The notes: a model not told the origin generated them from the letters alone. Shown: positions 16,452-26,001, counted from the first letter of the stretch. The stretch is DNA of 64,000 bases from Candidatus Pacearchaeota archaeon (GCA_019659125.1 JAIFVX010000001.1:118097-182096); one strand, 5' to 3'. Numbers and translations: made by a program.

Positions 16452-16862
16452 TTACAATTTCCAAAAAGAGGATTTCTGTGTCGGCGGCAAAGCCTGTTGC
16501 TTACGTTGGACAAACTCCCTATGGAAAACATCAATGTTTTCCTCGCACACATAATCATGCTGCCTGAACCCTCCACCAAAAGTCTTAGGGATATGCATGA
16601 GCTCGTGGATGATAACTTTATCCTGGTCAACTTTGCTCATACGATCAAATCGCTCGAGAAACTCTATGGCGTAAAATGCCCTGACACCCATGGCTCTCTG
16701 CATCAACTTTCCCATGGTATGACATCGGGCAATGGTTCTTTTCGTTGAAGATCCAAAACTGCGAAGGCACTTGACTCGTGAAAGATCAATATGTAGCATG
16801 CCTAAAGTCTTCACTATATCAATCGTTCGTTCTTGTAAATCTGGGGCTTCTTCATATTTCAT
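16452..16862 (-). CDS. predicted Zn-metallopeptidase (HExxH)
   Basis: 136 aa with VIIHELMHIPKTFGGGFRQH. Resembles the small archaeal predicted metallopeptidases (COG4900-like). Confidence 0.55.
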   Translation of the reverse strand: MKYEEAPDLQERTIDIVKTLGMLHIDLSRVKCLRSFGSSTKRTIARCHTMGKLMQRAMGVRAFYAIEFLERFDRMSKVDQDKVIIHELMHIPKTFGGGFRQHDYVCEENIDVFHREFVQRKQQALPPTQKSSFWKL

Positions 16863-17083
16863 TGTATCTCGAAAATCATGTCCTTGTATCTATCATGTCC
16901 TACAAACGAGAGCTTATGTGTCGGCACTCCCAAGTGCTTGGAAAGCAACGAGATAAGCGCTGAAATGGAATCATCATCTTCAGGAAATGGAAGATAAACC
17001 AAGTATCTTCCACTGCCAAATCCCTCAATCCTTTGCTGGGAGCTATTGAACCTCGTTTTTACAATCACCTTCATTGCCTTCAA
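16859..17083 (-). CDS. DUF167 (YggU-like) protein
   Basis: 74 aa. V.VKT....Q.I......L.V.LP.P..D..I.ALI.LLSKHLGVP...LS.V.G...K fits the DUF167 pattern. Its stop overlaps the downstream start. Confidence 0.5.
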   Translation of the reverse strand: MKAMKVIVKTRFNSSQQRIEGFGSGRYLVYLPFPEDDDSISALISLLSKHLGVPTHKLSFVGHDRYKDMIFEIQ

Positions 17084-17114
17084 TGAGTTGCAGACTTTTT
17101 AAAGATTGATGCAC

Positions 17115-17390
17115 TTACTGAACATACATATACTCGTGAGGCACCGCAGATATAAGATATTTGTCATGAGGGATTTCAATTCCAGGCTCTTTAACAGGAA
17201 GGGATACTGCATGATAAGAGAGAAAAGTGATGGTGTCAGCGACCTGAGTGAGTTCTTCCATATACTGATCGGGGCCATGGGCAGAAGCCTTTAAACAGAC
17301 ATTCCCTAAATGAGAATAAGCTACTTTCAGCTCATACGTGATATAGTCCTGCTCCTTCTCATAGAGGTCGTGATTATATGACAAATCCAT
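17115..17390 (-). CDS. hypothetical protein
   Basis: 91-aa ORF filling the gap between flanking same-strand genes. No recognisable motif. Confidence 0.35.
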   Translation of the reverse strand: MDLSYNHDLYEKEQDYITYELKVAYSHLGNVCLKASAHGPDQYMEELTQVADTITFLSYHAVSLPVKEPGIEIPHDKYLISAVPHEYMYVQ

Positions 17391-17438
17391 CGGTATAGAG
17401 TAAGGAATCCATATATAAATATTTTGTTTACTCTCGAT

Positions 17439-18614
17439 CTACTTGGTCATGATCTCAAGCCCATCTCTATGCTTCAAAAGATAGTCCTTACCCACAGCCT
17501 GCTTCGTCCGTATATCAATAGCCTTGACGAAGTTCTTGCCAATATCAGTATGCAATCGATAGGCAAAATCAAGAGCAGTTGAACCCTTTTTCATAAGGTA
17601 ACAATCGGGCAATACATTGCCCTTGCTGTCAGCTAGTTTTGCTCCTGCAGGAAAGATAGCAAGATAATGCAAAAGCTCAAACACAGCTTTATTCAATACC
17701 TCTTGCACACCAGTGCTTCCATATTTCTTCATGATATCCCGTATTGAATGCAAGGCATTCTCCTGCTTTTCGCTCAACTCTTTTACAATAGCAAAATCCT
17801 TGTCTCCAGGGACGTAATCGATCAGCCCTGCCTTGTCTGCCTGTCGTAAACTAAGCTCTCCATCTGCAAAGCAAGGAATAATATGATAGTCGAACTCTTT
17901 CTTGATACGCTCATAGTGTTCGTGTCCATGCGGCCTATCAACTTTATTGGCAGCAATAATCATAGGTTTCGTATACTTTCGCAATGCTCGAGCAAACATG
18001 AATATCTGTTCATCGGTCCATGCTGTCGGCCGTTCAACGTTCAAGTTCAATTTTAGCACCACATGCTTAACATCATCAACACTCACCTTCAATCCTGAAA
18101 ACTGCTTTGCGACCGCCTCAGCAAAGTTGCTGTGCTGCATTTCAATCGTTCGTGCAAAGGTCTTCCATGCTTTTTTCAATATGCCTACATACCACAAATC
18201 CAATTCCTTTTCAACGACATGAATATCATGTCCAGGATAATAGTTCTGTGTAGGCTTCCCCTCATGGTCTGTCTCTCCAGACATATCTACTACGTGGATG
18301 AAACCATCAGCAGCAGACAAATCATTCAAGAATTCATTGCCTAATCCTTTCCCTTCACTTGCACCCTCGACAAGACCTGCAACATCCATCAACTCAAAAG
18401 GCACAAACCTCCATCCTTTCTTGACATATCCTTCCCGAGGATTTGAGACTTTTCCAAACTCTTTCGCCAAATCCTCAATCTTCACATATGCCATCCCATG
18501 GTTTGGCTTTATCGTGGCAAACGGGTAACTGGCAATGAGAACATCGGCAAGCGTTGCTGCCTTAAAGAACGTTGATTTCCCTGCATTCGGCCTTCCTACT
18601 AATCCAAGCAACAT
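17439..18614 (-). CDS. Obg/YchF-family GTPase with C-terminal TGS domain
   Basis: G1 GRPNAGKST, G3 DVAGL, G4 ANKVD, and a TGS-like C-terminus (GSTALDFAYRLHTDIG). I place the start at the internal MLLGLVGRPN (18614), not the track start 18638. Confidence 0.85.
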   Translation of the reverse strand: MLLGLVGRPNAGKSTFFKAATLADVLIASYPFATIKPNHGMAYVKIEDLAKEFGKVSNPREGYVKKGWRFVPFELMDVAGLVEGASEGKGLGNEFLNDLSAADGFIHVVDMSGETDHEGKPTQNYYPGHDIHVVEKELDLWYVGILKKAWKTFARTIEMQHSNFAEAVAKQFSGLKVSVDDVKHVVLKLNLNVERPTAWTDEQIFMFARALRKYTKPMIIAANKVDRPHGHEHYERIKKEFDYHIIPCFADGELSLRQADKAGLIDYVPGDKDFAIVKELSEKQENALHSIRDIMKKYGSTGVQEVLNKAVFELLHYLAIFPAGAKLADSKGNVLPDCYLMKKGSTALDFAYRLHTDIGKNFVKAIDIRTKQAVGKDYLLKHRDGLEIMTK

Positions 18615-18648
18615 GCACACACAGACGAAGAACAGCATTTAAGCCTTT

Positions 18649-19212
18649 CTAAAGATTAAGAAACATGCCAAGAGCATCCCCAATACTATCATAAAAATGA
18701 GGTAAGCCTTTATCATTTTGAAGAATGATGTTTGCTGCATGCAAGCATAAAGAGCTGCTTTGTCCGTATCCGTGTGTGTCTCTGCCTTGATCGCGCTTGT
18801 CAATCTCCTCAAACCTCTTCCTCTGAAAAGGGCTATCTATAAGGTGTTCAGCATGCAGATGCCGTTGATATCTTCGCTCGAAGGAAGCAACAACACCAAG
18901 AAGTCGGAATCCATGTAATTTCTGCAAAACATCAATATCGACAGGGTTCCTAATGCCCTCAATAACAGCATAACCCATTCCCTGCAGGCGCTCACTGATA
19001 CGCTCAGCCCATATGCCTGGATTTCCTTTCAGCAAGGGAAATTCATATCCTAATCTCTGCAGGTTTTCCCGCGTAGGCGTAATATTCTGCTCTTGTGCTT
19101 CCTCGCGAACAACAGCGCCAAATGAGTCACGATAAAATCCAAAAGTCTGTGAAAGATAATTTCCGCATTCCGTTTTTCCTGCCCTAATATAGCCAGTAAC
19201 TCCGATAATCAT
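18649..19212 (-). CDS. UPF0200/CoaE-like P-loop nucleotide kinase, intact Walker A
   Basis: The track ORF (to 19455) overlaps the upstream gene. The internal start MIIGVTGYIRAGKTE at 19212 gives 187 aa, collinear with the upstream paralog. Walker A is GYIRAGKT. Confidence 0.7.
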   Translation of the reverse strand: MIIGVTGYIRAGKTECGNYLSQTFGFYRDSFGAVVREEAQEQNITPTRENLQRLGYEFPLLKGNPGIWAERISERLQGMGYAVIEGIRNPVDIDVLQKLHGFRLLGVVASFERRYQRHLHAEHLIDSPFQRKRFEEIDKRDQGRDTHGYGQSSSLCLHAANIILQNDKGLPHFYDSIGDALGMFLNL

Positions 19213-19213
19213 G

Positions 19214-19777
19214 TCAGCGTTGGTATTCAAGAATAAAATGCCGTACCTGAAGATTGAATGACTCGGGAGTGCCATTGTTATAGATAATCTTGTCAGCCAT
19301 GTCAAAAACAGCTTGGTGATTTCGTTCTCCTGCCTCACCTCTCCCTCCAAGATCATATTTTTCCCATTCCAAAAACTGCTCATATGTAGCAGGCTCATCA
19401 GGATCCCTTCCTCGGGCAAGAAGCCTCTTAAACCTAGTTTTCGGATCCGCATCAATCATGACAAGTGTGGAATAACCATGCTGCTGCAAAGGACTGTATT
19501 CCTCCGGATGGCGTATGTTTCCAACAACATAATCTCCTTTGTGCCTCATCTTACCCATCACTCTCTTTGCAAGAGCATCCATACCTTCTGTCCTTCTCAA
19601 CTCAACACCAATATCTTGAAGAGATTTCCTTGAAATTTCAATGCCTCGCTTTTCCAATTCAGGCTTAAGAATATCACGAGAGCAAGAAATATAGGTAAAT
19701 CCAGTCTGTTCTGCAATTCTGCAGAATTCATCTGTTCCAGAGCAGATTGGTCCCGTTACTCCAATGATCATCCTCAC
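19214..19777 (-). CDS. UPF0200/CoaE-like kinase paralog with degenerate P-loop
   Basis: 187 aa, MIIGVTGPICSGTDE. The Walker A Lys-Thr is replaced (GPICSGTD). The rest aligns with the downstream paralog (..GNIRHPEE.., ..RF.RLLARGRD.D..). Confidence 0.65.
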   Translation of the reverse strand: MRMIIGVTGPICSGTDEFCRIAEQTGFTYISCSRDILKPELEKRGIEISRKSLQDIGVELRRTEGMDALAKRVMGKMRHKGDYVVGNIRHPEEYSPLQQHGYSTLVMIDADPKTRFKRLLARGRDPDEPATYEQFLEWEKYDLGGRGEAGERNHQAVFDMADKIIYNNGTPESFNLQVRHFILEYQR

Positions 19778-19823
19778 ATCATAAAATCATGATTAATAAA
19801 TATTAGGGGCTTCAAAAACAACC

Positions 19824-19831
19824 TTTAAATA
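19824..19831 (+). promoter_or_regulatory. TATA box (TTTAAATA) for the tRNA gene
   Basis: 21 nt separate the box from the tRNA 5' end at 19853. Confidence 0.6.
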
Positions 19832-19852
19832 CGGTCCTCAGCATCTAGTTTC

Positions 19853-19975
19853 GATCCCATAGCTCAGCCTGGTTTAGAGCACCGCTCTTATAAGAGCTCG
19901 GCCCGCAAGGACCGTGATTTCATGCTGAAAAGCTAAGAAAGGCGGGGGTCCGGAGTTCAAATCTCCGTGGGATCA
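19853..19975 (+). tRNA. intron-containing tRNA, apparent anticodon UAU (Ile)
   Basis: Hand fold: acceptor GATCCCA/TGGGATC with discriminator A, D arm GCTC-AGCCTGGTTTA-GAGC, anticodon stem CCGCT/GGCGG, loop CTTATA|A, T arm CGGAG-TTCAAAT-CTCCG. 47 extra nt sit after position 37. CTTA can pair with intron TAAG, leaving 3-nt aaa and taa bulges (BHB-like). Confidence 0.8.
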
Positions 19976-19990
19976 GTCAATTCTAATAAA

Positions 19991-20821
19991 CTAGTCTTGA
20001 GAAGAAGGATAATTATTAACATTAAAAACACACATTGAATCACTAAAGCGTCGTTGAGCAATTGACTCAAGATCAGCAGAAATACCTGACCTATAATGCC
20101 TTACATCAGGATGATTAGGATCAAAATTTCCCCCTTCATCATACTTATGATTATCCTGAAGAAATCCGGAAAAATCATAACGAGGAGAAAGATAAACAAT
20201 ATCCTTTCCCTTTGCCCAACGACCATATTCATGAAATCTCACAACTCCTGCAACTGTCTTTGGATTTTCAGCTTTTTCCATAAATTCTGGCAGATTAGTA
20301 ATCAACCACTTTTCGAGGGTCGAACCATGATACTGAGCAATCTTTTCTATTTTTTTTCTGTCCATTTCGGGATGAGAAAAAAAAGCATAAGAGCTATTGT
20401 CAAGCTTATCACTTGATATGTTGTTAGCATAACTTCTCAGAGCTTCCTTAAACTCCTCAATCCGCGAAGGAATTGCCTTTCTGTAGGAAAGTACGGGGGC
20501 CTTAATCTTCTCGCAATCAACAATCCATAAGGGTTGAGGGAAACCTTTTTCTTTTAATGCAACATTAATGTATGGCTCTGTATCCAAATCCGCGGAACTA
20601 ACAATATCAACATATGATTTAGGAATGAGTGTTGGAATTTTATCACTAAGATACGTATTCAATGAGTTATAGGGACTTACAACAATTATTCTAGCATGAA
20701 ATTCTTCAGTTCCTACTTCCTTTCTCCGAGGATCAGTTCTAGAAGGAAGTGGTAATGTACGAGGCTCATTCCTAGGAACAAATTCAACCTGAGATTCAGT
20801 CTCTGTGTCAAGAAGAGTCAT
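19991..20821 (-). CDS. hypothetical protein
   Basis: 276-aa ORF with no recognisable motif. Confidence 0.45.
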   Translation of the reverse strand: MTLLDTETESQVEFVPRNEPRTLPLPSRTDPRRKEVGTEEFHARIIVVSPYNSLNTYLSDKIPTLIPKSYVDIVSSADLDTEPYINVALKEKGFPQPLWIVDCEKIKAPVLSYRKAIPSRIEEFKEALRSYANNISSDKLDNSSYAFFSHPEMDRKKIEKIAQYHGSTLEKWLITNLPEFMEKAENPKTVAGVVRFHEYGRWAKGKDIVYLSPRYDFSGFLQDNHKYDEGGNFDPNHPDVRHYRSGISADLESIAQRRFSDSMCVFNVNNYPSSQD

Positions 20822-20859
20822 AAAAGGAGTGAATGCTTCCGTTTATAAATATTGTGAAG

Positions 20860-21366
20860 TTATCTCAACACAGAAATAAGTACATTGCCTTTGGCGCTTC
20901 CGCCCAAAGCATCCTTGAATTCGGCATCAATAGAATAGAACATGTTTCCCATCCGTTTATGATTTGCAATCCTAAGATCTCCAGTGAATGATCTAGGATT
21001 GATAGGTCTTTTGAATTTTATTTCTTTCATCTGGGCAATATAGCAATCCTTAAGCTGTATCTTTTGAAAATCCTCTCTACTCTTGAGACCAACCTCGGGC
21101 ATAAGACCTTTTTCTATTCCTTCTCCAAACATCACATATCCAAGCTGATTAAAGCAAAATATGAATTCCGTTGCGTTGAAATGTCCTGTTGATTTTATAT
21201 AACATGATTCAGGGATCTCAAACCTTCCTGAAGAAGATAATTTTCCTTCGGAATAATGAATTGAGGCACTTTTTAGATATCTGCAATGAGGGAGGTAAGG
21301 GAGAAGCATAGTATCAATACTAGACTGCAACACCTCTTCATTTATCTCACTCTCCAATTCAAGCAT
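20860..21366 (-). CDS. hotdog-fold protein (FcoT/AfsA-like thioesterase or dehydratase), tentative
   Basis: 168 aa. STGHFNATEFIFCFNQLGYVMF resembles the central-helix HFNA..E...NQL.Y motif of FcoT-type hotdog proteins. Confidence 0.4.
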   Translation of the reverse strand: MLELESEINEEVLQSSIDTMLLPYLPHCRYLKSASIHYSEGKLSSSGRFEIPESCYIKSTGHFNATEFIFCFNQLGYVMFGEGIEKGLMPEVGLKSREDFQKIQLKDCYIAQMKEIKFKRPINPRSFTGDLRIANHKRMGNMFYSIDAEFKDALGGSAKGNVLISVLR

Positions 21367-21399
21367 GGAAAAATGTACCTGATCGAGGTAATTAACTTT

Positions 21400-22065
21400 C
21401 TATCGGTATATGTCGCGATAGGATCTCTCAAAGAAAAATGGTAGAAGCTTTTTCTCTGCTTTGCGAAGATGTGTTTGATAAGTAGAGTATGAAACGCCTA
21501 TTTTATGTGCCAGTTCCTTTAATTCTGCTTTGCGGGGAACATCATAATAGCCTTGCGCAATTGCAACTTCCACAGCCTTTTTTTGTTGCAACGTCAGCTC
21601 CGGATGCAAGGTAAGAACAGAAAGATTGGATATACTTTCCTCTCTTATCTTTAACAATTCAGACCCATACCTGCTTTCTAATAATTGTGAGAAAGACATT
21701 ATCTCTTTCCTCTCCCATGAGGCAACAGTCCACACCTCGTGCCCATCCGGACTAAACACCACAGGCTCAACATGAAAAACATGATGGTGATACATAGGGC
21801 TTAACTTAGACGACTCTCTTAAGTAACCTACAATAATGTGCCCTCTTATCTCAAAATGACTCATCCTCCTATGCTGACTGAGCTCTTTGAAGAAATTTTT
21901 AATGTTAGAGCGATTTCCAAAAGCAAAAATTACAAAATTGAGATAGATATATTTTCCCTTCCATTGTGTAGAAATAGGATACCCTCGGGCAGAAACTCTG
22001 TACTTTTTGCAAAGACGGCCAATGAGGGCCTTTTCACCATTCATTTTTATCTTAGCAACCCACAT
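21400..22065 (-). CDS. HTH_10 (Bat-like) transcriptional regulator
   Basis: C-terminus LTLQQKKAVEVAIAQGYYDVPRKAELKELAHKIGVSYSTYQTHLRKAEKKL is the classic bacterio-opsin-activator-type HTH. Confidence 0.75.
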   Translation of the reverse strand: MWVAKIKMNGEKALIGRLCKKYRVSARGYPISTQWKGKYIYLNFVIFAFGNRSNIKNFFKELSQHRRMSHFEIRGHIIVGYLRESSKLSPMYHHHVFHVEPVVFSPDGHEVWTVASWERKEIMSFSQLLESRYGSELLKIREESISNLSVLTLHPELTLQQKKAVEVAIAQGYYDVPRKAELKELAHKIGVSYSTYQTHLRKAEKKLLPFFFERSYRDIYR

Positions 22066-22137
22066 ATTCGATAAAGAAGCATTCTATTTATAATCCTTTG
22101 GAGAAGAAACAGATATAAAGAGAGATATACAGAAAAA

Positions 22138-22893
22138 ATGATGCTTAACACGTTGTACTGCCCGGGAAGAAAGAATGTAGTCATATTCATCCATGGAGAT
22201 CTTCAAAATCACACAGTTTTTCTTTCTCTCTCTTCATTCTTCGGAGATAAAGGACATTCGACTCTTTTATTTGATCTTCCAGGGCATGGAAATTCTAAGT
22301 ACGAAAGAAAAGATTTCTTGGCTATGATGGATGAAATTATAAAATCTTATAATATAAAAAATCCCATTTTTGTAGGGCACTCATTCGGGGGGATGCTTGC
22401 GGCAGAATATATTAAAGAGACTGGAAATACCTCTTCTGCCGTATTCCTAAACGCTTACCTTGGAAGGATAAAAGAAGCTAGACCATCGTTCGACATGGAT
22501 ACAGCAATACAACATTATAAAAAACTTGCAATAGACAACTTCCAGGAGCAGAAACTCGTTCAATACAATAAATCAGGGACAAAAAATGAAAGTGATGTAT
22601 CATTGATAGGATTGCAATCAACACTTCCCCAGGCGTTTGAAAAAAATCTCTTATTCTATAAAAAAACGACCCCTGAAGATGCACTTTACCAACTAGACAT
22701 CCCTATTCTATACGTAGCAACAAAAGATGATGATTTCATTCCTTCAAGTTATGCAATAGAGTGTATGAAAAAAATGAAAAACGGAAAACTAATCATTGAG
22801 GAAGGAACCCATAATTCAATCATAATAAACCCACAAGTAATTGAAAAAGCAATTAAAGACAATTATCAGTTCTTGGTTGGCCAAGAAGCGTGA
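22138..22893 (+). CDS. alpha/beta hydrolase
   Basis: HG oxyanion motif IHGDL, nucleophile elbow GHSFGG, and a C-terminal His (EGTHNS). Confidence 0.75.
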   Translation: MMLNTLYCPGRKNVVIFIHGDLQNHTVFLSLSSFFGDKGHSTLLFDLPGHGNSKYERKDFLAMMDEIIKSYNIKNPIFVGHSFGGMLAAEYIKETGNTSSAVFLNAYLGRIKEARPSFDMDTAIQHYKKLAIDNFQEQKLVQYNKSGTKNESDVSLIGLQSTLPQAFEKNLLFYKKTTPEDALYQLDIPILYVATKDDDFIPSSYAIECMKKMKNGKLIIEEGTHNSIIINPQVIEKAIKDNYQFLVGQEA

Positions 22894-23627
22894 TAAACAA
22901 CAAATGGGTTTTCCTTACCTAAAACATCTACCTTCATGCCAATACTTCGAAGCAAGTCTATATGCTCTTCGAAAGGCATTGGATTGTCATGCTCCTTTAT
23001 CGCATTTCTAAGCTCACACATAGTGTCTTTGCAAGGATAAGTTCTCCACGCATATTCAACAATCAAGTCAATTGTTCCATCAAGATTAAGACCATCACAT
23101 AGCATAATATCAAAATTAACAAATCCCCTTCCTTTTCTAGCAATCATTTCTAATTGATCTCTTCTTGTTGGAGTTTCAAAATGATGAGTTGTAAGAGCAC
23201 TTACAAAATAATCAGCCGCAGGAAGAGGTCCGTCAAATATATCTCTGATATGCAATGAAAGACCGGCAACCTTTGATTCCGCTTTCTCGGCAAAGGGCCC
23301 ATATCTATCTATTCCTATAATTTTAACGTCTGGAATATATTTCAGGATAGCAGCGCTCAAATTTCCAGTTCCAATTCCCAGGTCACATATTTTCTTCACA
23401 TCTTTTGGAATTGCCTGTGCACCAAGGTGCATAAATCTATTATATGGCTCAAAAATAGTAGGCGCAACATTATCATAATCAGTATAGAACTTTTCTAGTG
23501 TAAGCATCATTCCTAAATCAGAAAATTTCGATTGATAGCTTTTCAGGCGATATATATCTATAAGAATACAATAAACGTTCAATAGTTCTACAATTAGGGC
23601 TAAAAATGACGAGCTGAGATCTATCAT
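22866..23627 (-). CDS. class I SAM-dependent methyltransferase
   Basis: Motif I ICDLGIGTGNLS followed by IIGIDR. The start is uncertain (internal MMLTLEKF possible). Confidence 0.7.
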   Translation of the reverse strand: MIDLSSSFLALIVELLNVYCILIDIYRLKSYQSKFSDLGMMLTLEKFYTDYDNVAPTIFEPYNRFMHLGAQAIPKDVKKICDLGIGTGNLSAAILKYIPDVKIIGIDRYGPFAEKAESKVAGLSLHIRDIFDGPLPAADYFVSALTTHHFETPTRRDQLEMIARKGRGFVNFDIMLCDGLNLDGTIDLIVEYAWRTYPCKDTMCELRNAIKEHDNPMPFEEHIDLLRSIGMKVDVLGKENPFVVYHASWPTKN

Positions 23628-23645
23628 TTCTATATAAGTGCGCTC

Positions 23646-24188
23646 TCATTTTTTATCGTAACGAATCAATTTCTTCTTAACATTATATTGTAAATAAAGT
23701 ATATAAATAAAAAGGAGAAACATCCATGTTAAAATAATAAGGCCAAGAACATAAATTCCTTTTATTCCCATTCTCTCAATAAATGATTTCTTCTCCAAGA
23801 AAAAAGACTCAGAGGCCGAGCTTAACAATATATTTCTATTGATATCCCTTATTTCAACAAGAAGAGTATATGTTCCACTTCCTAGTGTGCGAGGGGTAGG
23901 GATGTTTGCCACTAATGAGATTTGTGCTTCTAAAGCAACAGTTTGCTTTCCCCCTATTATCTTTTTATCTTTATCGTCGATTATAGTATAATCAACTTCT
24001 ACATCTCTTCGGTCTTTATTGCCAAGATGGACTATGATGACCTTGAATGAAACATCGTCGCCTGCTTTCATCACTTTAGATTGTGATTGCAACTGAATAC
24101 TTGTTGAAATATCGTCCTGCGCTTTTCCCTCGGGAGCTAGAATAAGAATAAGTGCAACAATGCACCAAAATTTCAATACACGTTTCAT
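23646..24188 (-). CDS. secreted beta-sandwich-like protein with C-terminal TM
   Basis: Start placed at the internal MKRVLKFWCIVALILILAPEGKA (signal peptide). C-terminal TM is IYVLGLIILTWMFLLFIYILY. Confidence 0.5.
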   Translation of the reverse strand: MKRVLKFWCIVALILILAPEGKAQDDISTSIQLQSQSKVMKAGDDVSFKVIIVHLGNKDRRDVEVDYTIIDDKDKKIIGGKQTVALEAQISLVANIPTPRTLGSGTYTLLVEIRDINRNILLSSASESFFLEKKSFIERMGIKGIYVLGLIILTWMFLLFIYILYLQYNVKKKLIRYDKK

Positions 24189-24373
24189 GGATTTATCTTC
24201 CTTTTTTGACGCGAGGTTTACCCTCCAAAATGGATTCACAAACCCCGTGAGATCAAGAACCTCTACCACAGATCTTTATCGAATTATTATTGATAAATAT
24301 TAATACGATATATGCCTATATCTCCTCATGCTTGGTAATATCAATTCTTTATTGGTTTCTCGCATATTGTCAT

Positions 24374-25003
24374 TTAGCGCAGCTTATAGATAAGATCTGT
24401 CAATGCTGGCAATGTTTCGGCAAAATACGTGGGATTCTCAGCTACAAGTTTATCAGTAGTATGGAATCCCCAGCCAACGGCAATCGTATCAACGTCTGCT
24501 TGTTTTGCCTCACGAATATCTCCGACCGTGTCACAAATATACACGACGCGTCGAGGCGTTGTAGCCTGAGAGCCAGCTAAATAATCCCTCTTCTTGACTT
24601 TTCTTTCAAGTCCAACAATCTCTCCCTTCCAATGAACGTGATACTGCATTAAATGACCTTCAACAACCTGGTGATGATTGGCGCTCAATATGACTGAATT
24701 AGGAAGCCACCCCGTTACCTGCATCAAAAACTGTTTCATATCCTTCACCATAGGAACTGCATAATAGCGAAGGGTCAGCTGGCTTTTCATTTTCTGAAAA
24801 AAGTCTGGTAACTTACTATGATCGGAGCACCGGGCAGCGATCTCAGTCATGAAGTCTCCATTAAAGAGGTTGGCAAATTCCTCTTTATTAGCAAAAGGCT
24901 TAAGGCAGTAATCCGCGGACAACTCTTTATAGAGGGCATGCGCTAAGTCAAACGACTCGGCAACAACACCATCATAATCGAGAATAGGTTCAATGTGAAT
25001 CAT
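24374..25003 (-). CDS. HAD-superfamily hydrolase
   Basis: The C-terminal half is HAD-like: ..SANHH.., YICDTVGDIREAKQADVDTIAVGWGFH (motif IV GD..D). The N-terminal DxD is atypical (ILDYDGVV). Confidence 0.65.
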   Translation of the reverse strand: MIHIEPILDYDGVVAESFDLAHALYKELSADYCLKPFANKEEFANLFNGDFMTEIAARCSDHSKLPDFFQKMKSQLTLRYYAVPMVKDMKQFLMQVTGWLPNSVILSANHHQVVEGHLMQYHVHWKGEIVGLERKVKKRDYLAGSQATTPRRVVYICDTVGDIREAKQADVDTIAVGWGFHTTDKLVAENPTYFAETLPALTDLIYKLR

Positions 25004-25065
25004 GGTAAAATGAGGCTTACAATCCTATGAAAAGATTATTATTAAAGATAATGGTGGTCAATACG

Positions 25066-26001
25066 CTATTTCTTGCAGACCATGAGACAGTATTCGCCTT
25101 CGGAATCTTTGATGATGCTTACGTCATTGAAGTACATCTTTCCAAAGTCTGCAAATTCAGCATCATAATACTTGTATTGAATGGCTACAATAATTTCATC
25201 ACCTTTCTTGAAGGTAATGTTCTTACCATTATGGTTGAGAGTCTTGTCTATATTGATGGTGTAGAATCCCTCTACCCTGCCATGGGCAAATCTTGCATCA
25301 TACGTTACCTCATTATCACTAAATCCAAGCCCTCGAATAAGAGGAATGAACCATGAATTGAAGAGAGGATGCTTGTACTTATCAAGCTCGACAAATCGCT
25401 CTCCCGACCGTATTCCATTGCCTGCAATGAAAACATCTCCCTTAATCATAGGCTGACTTAACGTGAATAAGAAGTCACAAATCTCATAGGTAGATATGGT
25501 AGATCCCATGAGTAAGACAACATTCGTACCATAGTCTGCGCTTCTGGCCATGGCTAACACAGTATCCAGATCCTGAAAGTCAGAAACGAAGGGCTTTATT
25601 TCCTTGACATTCTTTAGATTCAATCCCTTGATTCTTTTTACAGCTTCGTCGACAAAATGCGAGCTAATGTCAACCGGGCAATAACGTATATTGACAGAAC
25701 TAGGAATTGATTTCAAAAATTCCTCTGCTTTCATGCCTGTGCTGCATCCAAGATCCACGACATTAAAAGTTGTGGCCCCAGAATCCTTGACAATAGCATC
25801 CGCATGAGCATGGATAAGGTCAATCTCTCGCTTGATGATATTCTTTCGATAAGGCTCATAGTTCTCCAATCCTCGAAAGCCTTCAGCAAGCTCGGGAGTC
25901 ACATACCATAACTTTGAATCAGAAATATCCCAAACGCGAGTGTTTCCTCTAATGGAGTACCCTCTTTTCACAAGTTCCTTGAATATTGTTGGATTAACCA
26001 T
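25066..26001 (-). CDS. EgtD-like (Methyltransf_33) SAM-dependent N-methyltransferase, tentative
   Basis: 311 aa. VVDLGCSTGMKAEEFL, YCPVDIS, LLMGSTISTY, ...FIAGNG, and a C-terminal F.F.KGDEI....YKY pattern resemble histidine N-alpha-methyltransferase family blocks. Confidence 0.5.
   Translation of the reverse strand: MVNPTIFKELVKRGYSIRGNTRVWDISDSKLWYVTPELAEGFRGLENYEPYRKNIIKREIDLIHAHADAIVKDSGATTFNVVDLGCSTGMKAEEFLKSIPSSVNIRYCPVDISSHFVDEAVKRIKGLNLKNVKEIKPFVSDFQDLDTVLAMARSADYGTNVVLLMGSTISTYEICDFLFTLSQPMIKGDVFIAGNGIRSGERFVELDKYKHPLFNSWFIPLIRGLGFSDNEVTYDARFAHGRVEGFYTINIDKTLNHNGKNITFKKGDEIIVAIQYKYYDAEFADFGKMYFNDVSIIKDSEGEYCLMVCKK

Noticed and set aside
19213-19455. N-terminal 81 residues of track ORF 18649-19455.
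   Set aside because: This part overlaps the 3' end of the upstream kinase paralog in another frame. The internal start at 19212 gives a protein exactly collinear with, and the same length as, its paralog.
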